DNA of 63,937 bases, the filler included, from Octopus bimaculoides (taxonomy: Eukaryota): assembly GCF_001194135.2 (NCBI RefSeq). It is 5 parts of 4 records of this genome, joined end to end, with 100 filler letters (N's around TTAATTAATTAA, not from the genome) between each part and the next. Parts side by side here need not be neighbours in the genome. Positions count along the whole stretch, not along the records: positions 37,712 to 41,169 come from NC_069000.1; positions 41,270 to 55,174 come from NC_068986.1; 3 more parts are not named here. One strand, written 5' to 3'. Under the pieces are notes generated by a model. That model had not been told where the DNA came from, ran no database searches, and was given only the letters and a program-made list of their open reading frames with translations. This document shows, piece after piece, positions 37,858 to 49,804 of the stretch. The stretch's first letter is position 1, and the number at the start of each line of letters is the position of its first letter. The position numbers and the translations under genes were made by a program.

Positions 37858-38460
37858 TTTAGTGTTGAGTACAGGTTGTCACAAAAGTATTAAAATATAT
37901 ATATATATACATTCTCTGATAATAATAAGAAAATGTTACAAAGAGTTTAAGTATAAAAATACATATATAAAAATAAAAATATATATTCTTTAATAATAGA
38001 AAATGTTTAAAAACAGTTTAAGTATTGAAATACATATATACATTCTTAGGAAGAATATATTTAAAATATAAAGCCTTGTATAAGCTTTGTATAAGCTTTG
38101 TAGTGTTACGTACAGGTTGTCACAAAAGTATTAAAATACATATATACATTCTCTGATAATAATAAGAAAAATGTTAAAAACAGTTTCAATATTAAATACA
38201 TATATAAAAATACATATATATATTTTCTTTGATAATAATAGAAAATGTTAAAAAGCAGTTTAACGTATTAAAATACATATATACCTTCTTTGATAATAAT
38301 AATAATAAGAAGAATATGTTTTAAATATAAAGCTTTGTATAAGCTTTGTAGTGTTAAGGACTGGTTGTCAAAAAGATATTAAAATACAAATATACGTTCT
38401 CTGATAATAATAAGAAAATGTTAAAAACACTTTAAGTATTAAAATACATATATTTAAGGA
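37858..38460. repeat. AT-rich tandem repeat, about 240-250-bp unit x2.5 with about 60-bp internal subrepeats
   Basis: The unit start ttt(gt)agtgtt...ggttgtca recurs at about 37858, 38098 and 38345. attctctgataataataagaaaatgtta recurs within the units. Confidence 0.85.
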
Positions 38461-39014
38461 TTTACAAAATATTGAAGAGGAACTGACCCATCTTTTTGAC
38501 ATGTTTTCTCTCTTGTGTGTAAACTAGGAAATGTGAAAATAAATCAAGGTAACCGGTTTCAGTCATTGAGACTTTTTCATGTCTAAGTATGGAAANNNNN
38601 NNNNNNNNNNNNNNNNNNNNNNNNNNNNNNNNNNNNNNNNNNNNNNNNNNNNNNNNNNNNNNNNNNNNNNNNNNNNNNNNNNNNNNNNNNNNNNNNNNNN
38701 NNNNNNNNNNNNNNNNNNNNNNNNNNNNNNNNNNNNNNNNNNNNNNNNNNNNNNNNNNNNNNNNNNNNNNNNNNNNNNNNNNNNNNNNNNNNNNNNNNNN
38801 NNNNNNNNNNNNNNNNNNNNNNNNNNNNNNNNNNNNNNNNNNNNNNNNNNNNNNNNNNNNNNNNNNNNNNNNNNNNNNNNNNNNNNNNNNNNNNNNNNNN
38901 NNNNNNNNNNNNNNNNNNNNNNNNNNNNNNNNNNNNNNNNNACACTTGTGGGAGAAGAGCATACCCTGTAAAATATAGAGCAGTTATTTATTTGTGTATG
39001 TGTAACGCAACGGT

Positions 39015-39400
39015 TTAGGAAAAAACATTGGTTTCATTTCTAGCGTGAACTAGACATCACTTCAGTTTCTCTAAACTATAACTGTTCTCTACAAAGGATG
39101 TTTTTTTTTAAAACACAAGAACACCGATGATAGTTCAAGAAATATTCATCTTAAAAAATTATGGCTGGGCGTGTTGTCTTCCTTCGTTTGATAGCTAGCT
39201 TTTCCAATTTTGAAGTAAAAATTTCCGAAAATGTGGACAACTCCCCACAGCTTCCGTCCTGGAGTTCAGGTAGCCTCCTGGCTCATGTGAGTTCATAAGT
39301 ATTATATATCTTTCTGCCATACACAATTTGCATTCTCTTGTTCCATTGCGATAGGGTCCACAAGTTTCCAGTAATTTCCACCTGATTTTGGCGCCTAAAG
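39015..39400 (-). mobile_element. PLE GIY-YIG C-terminal fragment plus 3' UTR with a degenerate hammerhead
   Basis: RWKLLETCGPYRNGTRECKLCMAERYIIL...LNSRTEAVGSCPHFRKFLL*. HHR-like sequence at 39019-39071. Confidence 0.8.
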
Positions 39401-39659
39401 GACGATCATACGCACCCCCCCACCCCCCACAAACACACACACATATGTATATAAAAGAATATATGGATTTAGTTCACTGATGATCCAAACGAATAGGAAC
39501 GCTGAGTAGGTTCCACGTTCACGGCTGAGGCCGGAGTTAAGTATCTGTATTAGGCTTCCGAGTTAGTAGGTATATATCATATTAGAGGGAAAAAGACAAC
39601 AAAAACCAAGGTAGGACATGTATCTCAAGTCATTTAGTGATAGGCTAGCATGTCCATAC

Positions 39660-41040
39660 ACTGGGTACTCCATCATCAGAGACAAGGTGAATATGTATGA
39701 AAGTTCTAGACAGGGATATTTCACGGTCTATAAGGAATAAAATAATGAATAAAATAGTAGAGAGAAGAATAATGAGTAAAGCCGTAGATAGAAGAATACA
39801 GGCAGGAGAATAATGCTAATAGCACATCTTCTTTCAGAGGGTATGGAGGTTGTGCCGTACTTCCGTGAAGATATAGGCCCTTGAGTACAATCCCAGGTAA
39901 ATCCAGGTAGTATTTTGAAGGTTGCGTTCATGTTGAAGGAATAGGGTTAAGTGGCTAGCTAGTATGAAAATGGTTCACGTTGGTATATAGAGTGAGAAAG
40001 ACATGCATCATGATCAACAGATATGGGTTGTGTGTGCGTGAATAGGAGACAGAGGAGAAAGAGAGAAAAGAAAGGAATGAGACAGGTGTAGGAAAGAATG
40101 AATGAGAGCGAAAGTAAAGTAAAATTTTTAAAAGGAAATAAAATAAAATAAGAAATAAAGATAGGATGCCATTATTATTATTATTCGTATAGGTCGGTTA
40201 GGGGTGAGAGGTAAGGTGTTATGGTTTTGGTAAAGTGGAGGAGTAAGGCATTTATGTATATTAATTAAATAGATGAATTCTAGGTTAGGTGTGGTCAGAA
40301 TGAGAATTTAGTTCAGTGGTCAGTTGGGAGGGCAAAAAGTAGAGATAGCAAAAAATAGAGCCTAGCTTAAGGGATTATATATAGGATACAATACAGTTAA
40401 ATGGATAAAGGATAAAAAAATAAAAATCAAGAATTAAAAATTAAAAACTTAAAAACATTATTGCAGCTTGCTAGCTTCTAAGATACTTATGTTTATAGAG
40501 AAAAAAGAAAGAACGGACGTATATAGTAATGACCGTGGAGGCATATAAGTAAGTGCTATGTGTTGATTTTGCTTGCATTTCGACCTATGGAAGAATCTAA
40601 GGGTACGATAGAATTTGTGCTTACATGTAGAGAACGCTACGTGTTGTTTATTAAGTAATTGTGGTGACTTATGAATTAATATTTGGAGGGCTTCTTTCAC
40701 ACGTGGAGCACTAGCCTTGGTATGGGATTCCAGAATCGATTGTGCTCAGGATACCCTATATGATATTTTCTTATTTATCAGATGGTGTATGTGGTTGGAT
40801 AGGGACGTGTATTTGTTATGCTCCTCATATTTAAATGTGTTTAGGTGTGCAGAATATCTCTGTCTAAAATGAATCGCAGACCCGATGTAATGGCAAGTAG
40901 AATTGTGTAATATGTTGTGGACAATGCATTTATATGCCACGTTAAACCTTCTGCAATGGGCTTTTAGTGGGCACTCGGTCCCCAGACCGACAGTTGCAGC
41001 TATCTGTCTTACGTGGGTTAGATGGGGAAAGGGATGATGT
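39660..41040 (-). mobile_element. PLE fragment (GIY-YIG and 3' UTR), same family as 26880-28725
   Basis: SCNCRSGDR..., NVAYKC...HYIGSAIHFRQRYSAHLNTFKY...TSLSNHIHHL...LLNKQH...CKHK. Confidence 0.8.
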
Positions 41041-41119
41041 ACTATTTATGGACAAGTTAGAATTTAGGGTGGTATTAGGTGATTGGTTCGTATTATTACT
41101 GTTGTTGTTGTTGTTGTTG

Positions 41120-41169
<50 letters not shown>

Positions 41170-41359
41170 NNNNNNNNNNNNNNNNNNNNNNNNNNNNNNN
41201 NNNNNNNNNNNNNTTAATTAATTAANNNNNNNNNNNNNNNNNNNNNNNNNNNNNNNNNNNNNNNNNNNNAACCAAACAGTACCCTTAAGTCTAATATTTA
41301 ATTTTGTGGATTTTATTTAAAGAGACATAAAGAAACCAACTACGCTTTTCAAGCAGTAA

Positions 41360-41555
41360 GAAGGATCCAAACACAAACACGAAGACACAAACGCACATTC
41401 AAACAACGAGCTTCCACACAGCTTCTTTCTATCAAATTCACTCTTGAGACTCGAGGCTAAAATAGAAGACATTTGTTTGAGTTGCAGCACAGTGGAACTG
41501 AACCCAAAACCACGTGGATGCAGAGCATGCTTCTGAACCACACAGCCGTGCCTTC
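41360..41555 (-). mobile_element. SINE family A, degenerate
   Basis: ggcacggctgtgtggttcagaagc...ttttgggttcagttccactg on the reverse strand. Confidence 0.7.
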
Positions 41556-41819
41556 ATCTAATTAAAAAAAAAAAAATTAATAAAGAGGAGGCTGATACTC
41601 GTCAGTTTGAGAACAACTGATATAGAGAGTCCCTCGTTGGTTCATATGAGTTATAATATTCTTGCTTAGCTCCAGGTCAATCTACGATTGTAATAAAGCA
41701 TTCATATGATCAAAGGTATGATGGTGGTGAAGGTAGCACGTGTTACAATGCAAGTGATGAGGGAGATTTGGCATAAGTTTCGAGGGGACTGGTTGTTGTA
41801 GTGGTGGAGATCAAAATAA

Positions 41820-42060
41820 GATATACGGATGTGGTTTTGTGGTAAGAAGTTTGTTTCCCAGCAACATTGTTCCGAGTACAGACTTGGGGCAAGTGCTTTC
41901 TGCTATAGCCTCGGGCCGACCATAGCCTCGGGCCGACCATAGCCTCGGGCCGACCATAGCCTCGGGCCGACCATAGCCTCGGGCCGACCATAGCCTCGGG
42001 CCGACCATAGCCTTGTGAATGGAATTGGTAGACGGAAACTAAAAGAATGTATAGAGTGCG
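41820..42060 (+). mobile_element. SINE family A with an internal 17-bp x6 tandem expansion (41905-42006)
   Basis: tgtggtaagaagtttgtttccc...ttggggcaagtg followed by (atagcctcgggccgacc)x6 and then gccttgtgaatgg...gacggaaact. Confidence 0.9.
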
Positions 42061-42214
42061 GAAACTAAAAGAATGTATAGAATGCTTGAAGTGGTGTTCA
42101 GACACTGTATATTAAGTAAAAAGAAACAGTCAGAATTCTGGTTAATTTTTTATTAGATCCCTTTTCTCCGTTTAACCGCGGTTAAACGAACAAAAGCGTT
42201 AATAAAGAATTATC

Positions 42215-42615
42215 CAAAATTCTGACTGTCTCCTTTTCAGTCATTTGACTGCGGCCATGCTGGAGCACCGCCTTTAGTCGAGAAAATCGACCCCAGGACT
42301 TATTCTTTGTAAGCCTAGTACTTATTCTATTGGTTTCTTTTTGCCAAACCGCTAAGTTACGAGGACGTAAACACACCACCATCGGTTGTCAAGCAATGGT
42401 GGGAGGACAAACACAGACACACATATATATATATATATATATGTATACACATATATACGACGGGCTTCTTTCAGTTTCCATCTACCAAATCCACTCACAA
42501 AGCTTTGGTCGGCCCGAGGCTATAGTAGAAGACACTTGGTCAAGGTGCCACGCAGTGGGACTGAACTAGGAACTATGTGGCTGGTAAGCAAGCTACTTAC
42601 CACACAGCCACTCCT
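42215..42615 (-). mobile_element. SINE family A, full-length with LINE-like tail
   Basis: Head tggctgtgtggtaag/agttcagtccc, CORE-like accttgaccaagtgtctt, tail ggtgctccagcatggccgcagtcaaatgactgaaa. Confidence 0.9.
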
Positions 42616-42666
42616 GCCCCTATGTTTTTTAAAATATATATTATATATATATATGTGTGTGTGTGT

Positions 42667-42762
<96 letters not shown>

Positions 42763-43519
42763 ATGGACCTTGATAATATTTTAACTCAAAACTTAGTAGA
42801 TTGAATGTAGTTGAACAGCAAGTTAAATAATGATAGTAGTGTTCGTAGAAGTACGCTAGGCGGTGGCTGTTAAGGGATGGTCGGTGGTCTTGACAGTTAA
42901 GAAATGCGTTGAATTTTGACGTCCACAATTTCTGCCCTGTGTACAGCTAAACTTTCAGCGAAGCGTGACGGTCACGATAAAACTGCATGTACACACGTAC
43001 ACACACACACACACACATACTCCACCTACTTCAGAAATACACCGCATCACATACTACTCACACAACATACATACAGCACAAGATACACTACATACCACAT
43101 ACACACACACCACACACTAAGCAAAGGCACATAGTTCACATACGCTCCCTGTTCTCACCGATATTTATTTATAATCCGAATTGAATTGAAACCTGAGATT
43201 TCGTTGAAATTCGGTAATGTATCGTGATGTAATTGAAAGTGGCTTACACACATGCTCTCTGTTGAGGTTTATGAAAATAGTCTATTTTCAGCCGGTATGG
43301 GACTTGACAGCTGGAAACAAGAGAAGTTATGACGATCATAACTTTGCAAAGACAAATGAAGAGAAGTTGGATTTAACCTAAGAACAATATCACAATATGA
43401 AAGTCGCTTGGTAAATGCATGGCTTTGGGTTCGATACCATTGAATGACTCCTTGTGCACTTGTAATATTTTCGAATTTAGTTGATGAAAACTTTGTGTGT
43501 GTGTGTGTGTACACACGGA

Positions 43520-43740
43520 TACAAATGGTTTCAAATTTTGGCACAAGGCTAGCAATCTTAGGTGGTGAGGATTAGTCAGTTATATAGGCTCCAATATCCA
43601 ACTGGTACTTTATTTTATCTGTCTCCATAAGGATGAAAAGCAAAGTGTAATCTCGGTGGGATTTGCGTTGAGAATGCAAAAAAAAAAAAAAAAAAAGCCA
43701 GAAGAAATGCCGGATCTTTGGGGTTTGACGGGCAACATTT
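43520..43740 (-). mobile_element. SINE family B, degenerate
   Basis: actttgcttttcatccttatggagacagataaaataaagtaccag on the reverse strand. Confidence 0.7.
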
Positions 43741-43744
43741 GTTT

Positions 43745-44405
43745 TCTTAACGAAACACTTTCAAACTTGGGACACTGATAGAATGTGTCATATAAAACAT
43801 CTCTTAACCTTCTTAACAAAATTTTGTACATCGCAAGTTATTTCATGTTAAAGTTGTCGTATTTCTGTAATTTCAACCAATCACTGACGTCTATTCAGCT
43901 GAAAACAGTTACTGCTTGCCGGTCATAAAAATGTTATTCCCTGTGACATATTTCATCCGGTTTAATCGTAATTTATACGCATATATTGTTTATATAATAA
44001 ATTACGCTGTGCGTATCTGTGTGTGTAACAATTTTAGAGTTCGGATTCTAGAGTTAGGGTTAGTTTTAGGGTTAGGGTTAGGGTTATGATTATTTTTGCC
44101 ATAACTTCACTCATAATCCCAACCCTAACTCTAAAACCCGAACCCTAACCCTAAACTAGAGTTTGATTTAAAGATTTGGCTGCTATTTCTAGGAAATGAA
44201 GCACTTGGATGTGCATTAGTAATTCTGGTAGCTCCAATAACAAGTGCAGGCAATATTCAAGTGTTTTGATGGCTTTTTCCCCTTTGTTTACGAACAGTCT
44301 AGTTAATCGGAAATGTCAGAACTAACGGAGGTTAATACGATATACACCGTTACAGCGCTAACTGTTTTCAACTGAATAGACGTCAGTGATTAGTTGAAAT
44401 TATCA
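43745..44405. mobile_element. Partial copy of the MITE family at 49805-50465, containing inverted TTAGGG/CCCTAA tracts
   Basis: 43745-43900 matches 49835-50010, and the right arm at 44370-44405 is the inverse of 43870-43910. Confidence 0.75.
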
Positions 44406-44546
44406 ANNNNNNNNNNNNNNNNNNNNNNNNNNNNNNNNNNNNNNNNNNNNNNNNNNNNNNNNNNNNNNNNNNNNNNNNNNNNNNNNNNNNNNNNNNNNNN
44501 NNNNNNNNNNNNNNNNNNNNNNNNNNNNNNNNNNNNNNNNNNNNNN

Positions 44547-44945
44547 GGCGCAGGCATGGCTGTGTGGTAAGAAGCTTGCTTTCCATCCACATGGTTCCGG
44601 ATTCAGTCCCACTGCATGGCACCTTGGCCAAGTGTCTTCTACTGTAGCTTCAGGCTGACCAAAGCCTTGTGAGTGGATTTGGTAGATGGAAACTGAAAGA
44701 AGTCCGTCGCAGATATATATATGTATGTTTGTATGTATGTGTCTGTGTTTGTCCCTCCACCATCACTTGACAACCGATGTGGTTGTGTTTACGTCCCTGT
44801 AACTAAGTAGTTCAGCAAAAGAGACGATAGAATAAGTACTAGGCTTACAAAGTATAAGTCCTGCGGTCGATTTCTTCGACTAAAGGCAGTGCTCCAGCAT
44901 GACCTCAGTCAATTGACTGAAACAAGTAAAAGAATAAAAGAATAT
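44547..44945 (+). mobile_element. SINE family A, full-length
   Basis: ggcgcaggcatggctgtgtggtaag...ggattcagtccc...accttggccaagtgtctt...gtgctccagcatgacctcagtcaattgactgaaacaagtaaaaga. Confidence 0.9.
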
Positions 44946-45168
44946 ATATGTAACGAAAGATAATATCGATCCTCACTTAAACGTGGTTGTTCTATTAGAA
45001 CAAACCATACTGCAGTATATATCATGAGAGAAGCGTGCATATTAACTTCTTGTGCAAAATGCACTTGAAACGTCAAAGACGTTTCCATTCTTCCATTCTT
45101 CTACTGATAACTCCTACTTGTTAAATTTGAAGTATACATTACATGCATACATATATGTATATACATAC

Positions 45169-45219
<51 letters not shown>

Positions 45220-45382
45220 TACACACACACACACGCACACACNNNNNNNNNNNNNNNNNNNNNNNNNNNNNNNNNNNNNNNNNNNNNNNATATATATATA
45301 TATACTACATACATACACACACACATATATATATATATAGACACACACATACACACACACACACGCACACACGCACACACAT

Positions 45383-45431
<49 letters not shown>

Positions 45432-45519
45432 TACACACACACACACGCACACACACACACACATACACACACACATATATATATATATGTATACACACGT
45501 ACCTCCTGTACCTACACCT

Positions 45520-46920
45520 TAGTACCATCATGGCGTCTGATGTGACTTTTTAAACCAAACAATATTCTGAAATGACACCCACATGGATTGCACCTCTGAT
45601 ATGGACAACTAATACCTGCAGATAAGTTCTGCTCTTTGTGGATCTTAAGATGTCTTTTGAGGTCCCCGTTGGATTTGCAAACCTTCTGGCATACACTGCA
45701 TTCAATGATAATAGTTGGTTGATAATATAATGATAATAGTTGGTTGTGGTTCGTTTTACATGCGTACGCAGATGAGATTTGAAGCTAGCCAAAGACAGGC
45801 ATGGTCTGTCACAGACTGTGCACACAAAAAGATCATTGTCATTCACATTATCGATCGTTACATTCTTCCTTAGATCTCTTTTGAGTTTTACTTGCGTTAT
45901 CCTGGCCTCTTCCAATGCTTTTACTCCACACCTTTGTTCGCCATCCAACTTGATCCGAAGCAAAGGTTTCTATATCTTCTACAACCATTCCAAGTGACTT
46001 CATAGTAGTCTTTATGCCGTCCTTAAACCTTTTTTAGGTTTACGTCGATAGCGTTTCTCCTTTGCAAGCTCACCATAAAACAATCATTTCGGCATGCGCT
46101 CATCTGCCATTCGAACAATATGGCCACGCCATCTCAATTGGTTCCGCAAAATCATAGCTTTAATTGAAGGGATGCCTGCAGAAGCAAAGACATCTGTGTT
46201 TGGAGTAAAAGATCTTCATTTAATTTCTAAAACGCGACGAAGGCATTTTTGGTGGAATTGTTCAAACAGGAATACAACAGGGATGGTAAGACAAATGATT
46301 TGTAAAGAACCAGCTTTGTATTCTTATTTATATGTCGCTGGCACCAAATGCGTGACTCCAAGCCATCAAATGCTTTTGCTGCCCTTTGAATTCGCAGCTG
46401 TATTTCTGTATCAAGATTTCCATCATTTTGAACAGAGCTTCCAAGGTAGACGAACGAATCGACAATCTCAAGTAAATTTCCCTCAACAAAAATTTTAGCG
46501 GAGTTACTAACAGCACCACGCGCAGGTTGATGCATTACAACTGCTTTTCTCAAGTTGATGGTCAAGCCAAAATCATCACAAGTTGAGTCAAATGCAGATG
46601 CAAGAGATTGCAGGCCTGTTTCAGAATGACTGACAAGATCTCAATCGTCAGCATATAAAAGTTCCGTAATGAGTGAAGTAAAAATCTTTGATTTGAATTT
46701 CAGTCTAGTCAGATTAAAAACGTTCTCTGTTGTTCGACATTTTATGTAAATACCCTCCTCAGAGTTTTGAAAAGCGTGTGACAACACAACAGCAAAGTAT
46801 ATTGCAAAGAGGGTGGGTGCATCAAATTCTCTTTCGTTTACTCTATTTTCCACAGCAAAAGATTCAGAAATCCTACCGCCAAAATTAACTCTAGCTTTCA
46901 AATCTTGATGCAAAGCCCTG
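45520..46920 (-). mobile_element. RTE-clade LINE 3' part with three C2H2 fingers, truncated by a microsatellite and gap
   Basis: LITELLYADD, LTINLRK...FVYLGSSV, then CTVCDRPCLSLASFKSHLRTH, CSVCQKVCKSNGDLKRHLKIH and CNPCGCHFRILFGLKSHIRRH. Confidence 0.9.
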
Positions 46921-47860
46921 ACCATGTTTACATATATATGTGTGTGTGTGTGCGTGTGCGTGTGCGTGTGTGTGTGTGTGCATGTGTGTGTATGTATGTG
47001 TATATATGTATGTATGTATTTATGTATGTATGTATGTATGTATGTATGTATGTATGTATGTATGTATATATATANNNNNNNNNNNNNNNNNNNNNNNNNN
47101 NNNNNNNNNNNNNNNNNNNNNNNNNNNNNNNNNNNNNNNNNNNNNNNNNNNNNNNNNNNNNNNNNNNNNNNNNNNNNNNNNNNNNNNNNNNNNNNNNNNN
47201 NNNNNNNNNNNNNNNNNNNNNNNNNNNNNNNNNNNNNNNNNNNNNNNNNNNNNNNNNNNNNNNNNNNNNNNNNNNNNNNNNNNNNNNNNNNNNNNNNNNN
47301 NNNNNNNNNNNNNNNNNNNNNNNNNNNNNNNNNNNNNNNNNNNNNNNNNNNNNNNNNNNNNNNNNNNNNNNNNNNNNNNNNNNNNNNNNNNNNNNNNNNN
47401 NNNNNNNNNNNNNNNNNNNNNNNNNNNNNNNNNNNNNNNNNNNNNNNNNNNNNNNNNNNNNNNNNNNNNNNNNNNNNNNNNNNNNNNNNNNNNNNNNNNN
47501 NNNNNNNNNNNNNNNNNNNNNNNNNNNNNNNNNNNNNNNNNNNNNNNNNNNNNNNNNNNNNNNNNNNNNNNNNNNNNNNNNNNNNNNNNNNNNNNNNNNN
47601 NNNNNNNNNNNNNNNNNNNNNNNNNNNNNNNNNNNNNNNNNNNNNNNNNNNNNNNNNNNNNNNNNNNNNNNNNNNNNNNNNNNNNNNNNNNNNNNNNNNN
47701 NNNNNNNNNNNNNNNNNNNNNNNNNNNNNNNNNNNNNNNNNNNNNNNNNNNNNNNNNNNNNNNNNNNNNNNNNNNNNNNNNNNNNNNNNNNNNNNNNNNN
47801 NNNNNNNNNNNNNNNNNNNNNNNNNNNNNNNNNNNNNNNNNNNNNNNNNNNNNNNNNNNN

Positions 47861-47931
<71 letters not shown>

Positions 47932-48344
47932 GTGCGTGTGTTTGTGTGTGATTGTTCACGCGTACGCAAAGGTGAATAAGATTATATTAAATAACAACAT
48001 GCAAAATAAATTCGTGAGTTATTGAAATTAATCTCCATTTCCAGAGAGGGCAGACCAATTGCTTGGTGGCAATTGATACCAACTTCAAACTTGAAGGGAA
48101 GATAATTTCAAGAATAAGAAATTCTCCAAAGTCAACATGCTTTTAAAAGGAGAAAAGTTTGCTTGTCTCTAAATCGACCTGAAATCTTTCTTTTTCGACT
48201 AACAGCAACGCACTGCCATCATAACTAGTTTGCTAACAAGCAGCTTGTATTTCAGGAGTATTTCAGGAGTATACTGCCTGTTTACAGGAGTGGAAATTTT
48301 ATGTTCTTCCCAAAAGTGGGAACTTCATGCACTTTACATACGTT

Positions 48345-48510
48345 TTCCACAGGCACAGGTGTGGCTGTGTGGTTAGAGGTTTGCTTCCCAACAACATATT
48401 TTCGGGTTCAGTCCCACTGCGTGGCATCGTCGGTAAATGTCCTCTCCAGCCTCGGACTGAGCAAAACGTTTTTGACAGGATTTGGTAGACTGGAACTATG
48501 TGTGTATGTA
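48345..48510 (+). mobile_element. SINE family A, 3'-truncated
   Basis: ggcacaggtgtggctgtgtggttag...gggttcagtcccactgcgtggca...tttggtagactggaact. Confidence 0.8.
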
Positions 48511-48514
48511 TGAA

Positions 48515-48555
<41 letters not shown>

Positions 48556-48689
48556 CTGTGAGAGTTAGAGGTTGGTAGTGTACCCAATTATTCATAGCCA
48601 AATGCTGGTTATTGCGTGGCAGTCTCGCAATTGAGTGTCATATATGAGCGGGGGTAAAGAGTGGTTAACCCTTAATTTATTCGGCAAAT

Positions 48690-48976
48690 AAGAACATGGA
48701 GAGGGTATAAAACGACATATATCACCCGGTAGACATTCCAGTGTGTCTATTTATTCTAAAGCATTAGAAAGTATTAGAAGAACACATACACTTGTAGTAA
48801 CTATGTGTTACACATACATGTGTTAATATTACAGAAAAGAGCAAAAAGTTTCTTTTCTGTAATATTAACACATGTGTATGTTTTCTTCTAATACTTTCTA
48901 ATGCTTTGAAATAAATAGACACACCGGAATGTCTACCGGATGATGTATGTCGTTTTATACCCTCTCCGTTTTCTTA
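48690..48976. repeat. Foldback palindrome (about 125-bp arms, about 10-nt loop)
   Basis: ggagagggtataaaacgacata...tattacagaaaaga/gcaaaaagtt/tcttttctgtaata...tatgtcgttttataccctctcc. The left arm has an extra 26-nt insert. Confidence 0.92.
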
Positions 48977-49429
48977 CTATTTCCTTTCACGTAAAGACAT
49001 GAAGTATATAGGTTAAGTGAAAAGGAACTAATATTGAATTGATATCGTGACTTTTTGCAAAAACACGGTTCACCAATAAGAAACTTCAGAAAAATGAGAC
49101 AAGGGCGTAGTTGATCAATCTACTGCTAAAGCTAATTTTATTCTTTCACGCTACTTAATACTCTCAGGTGAACTTTGGCCTGATCAAAAGAAAGTCATCG
49201 TCGTCGTCATCATTATCATCATCATCAGTAGGAGTAGTTGTGGTGGTGGTGTTGGTGGTAGTAGTAGTAATAATAATATCATTATTAATTTCGTAAACCC
49301 TTGCCTCTGAGCCATTTTCTGATACAAGACGTGCAGCACTTATGTAATCCAAAGCTACATGTGTTCGGACAGGGTTCTAAATGGATATACAAGTCTTAAT
49401 AATACCCGTAGTCTATATAGCAATTTTGA

Positions 49430-49660
49430 AACTATGGTTGCAGAATGAAAAGCTATGAAGCTGATAGTAGGGGGTTTGGGTAACTTGGTAAGTCGATTAC
49501 ATGGACCTCAGTATTCAACTAGTACATGCTTTTATCGACCACGAAAGGATAAAAGGCAAAGTCGATCTCGGTGGAATTTGAACTCAGAATGTAAAGACGG
49601 ACGAAATGTCGCTAAGCATTTTACCCGCTGTGCTAACGATTCTGCCAGCTCACCATAATA
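49430..49660 (-). mobile_element. SINE family B
   Basis: ttctgagttcaaattccaccgagatcgactttgccttttatcctttcgtggtcgataaaa on the reverse strand. Confidence 0.85.
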
Positions 49661-49804
49661 ATATCATTTCCACATAATCGCAACAAGTTTTCACATTAAA
49701 AAATACTTGCCAGGCAAGTGATTCGATCTGAGATCGTGTGTTGAAACTAAAATGATTGCAGCGTAGAAGATACATGTTAGTCATTCAAAAGGTATCCGGT
49801 TGAG

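Noticed and set aside
41905-42006. Regular short repeat array as a possible CRISPR
   Set aside because: The units are directly adjacent with no spacers, derive from a SINE, and there are no cas genes in this eukaryotic context.
45550-45830. Host C2H2 zinc-finger gene
   Set aside because: The fingers are contiguous with RTE RT/thumb sequence, have no TGEKP linkers and are frameshifted, so they were treated as part of the LINE.
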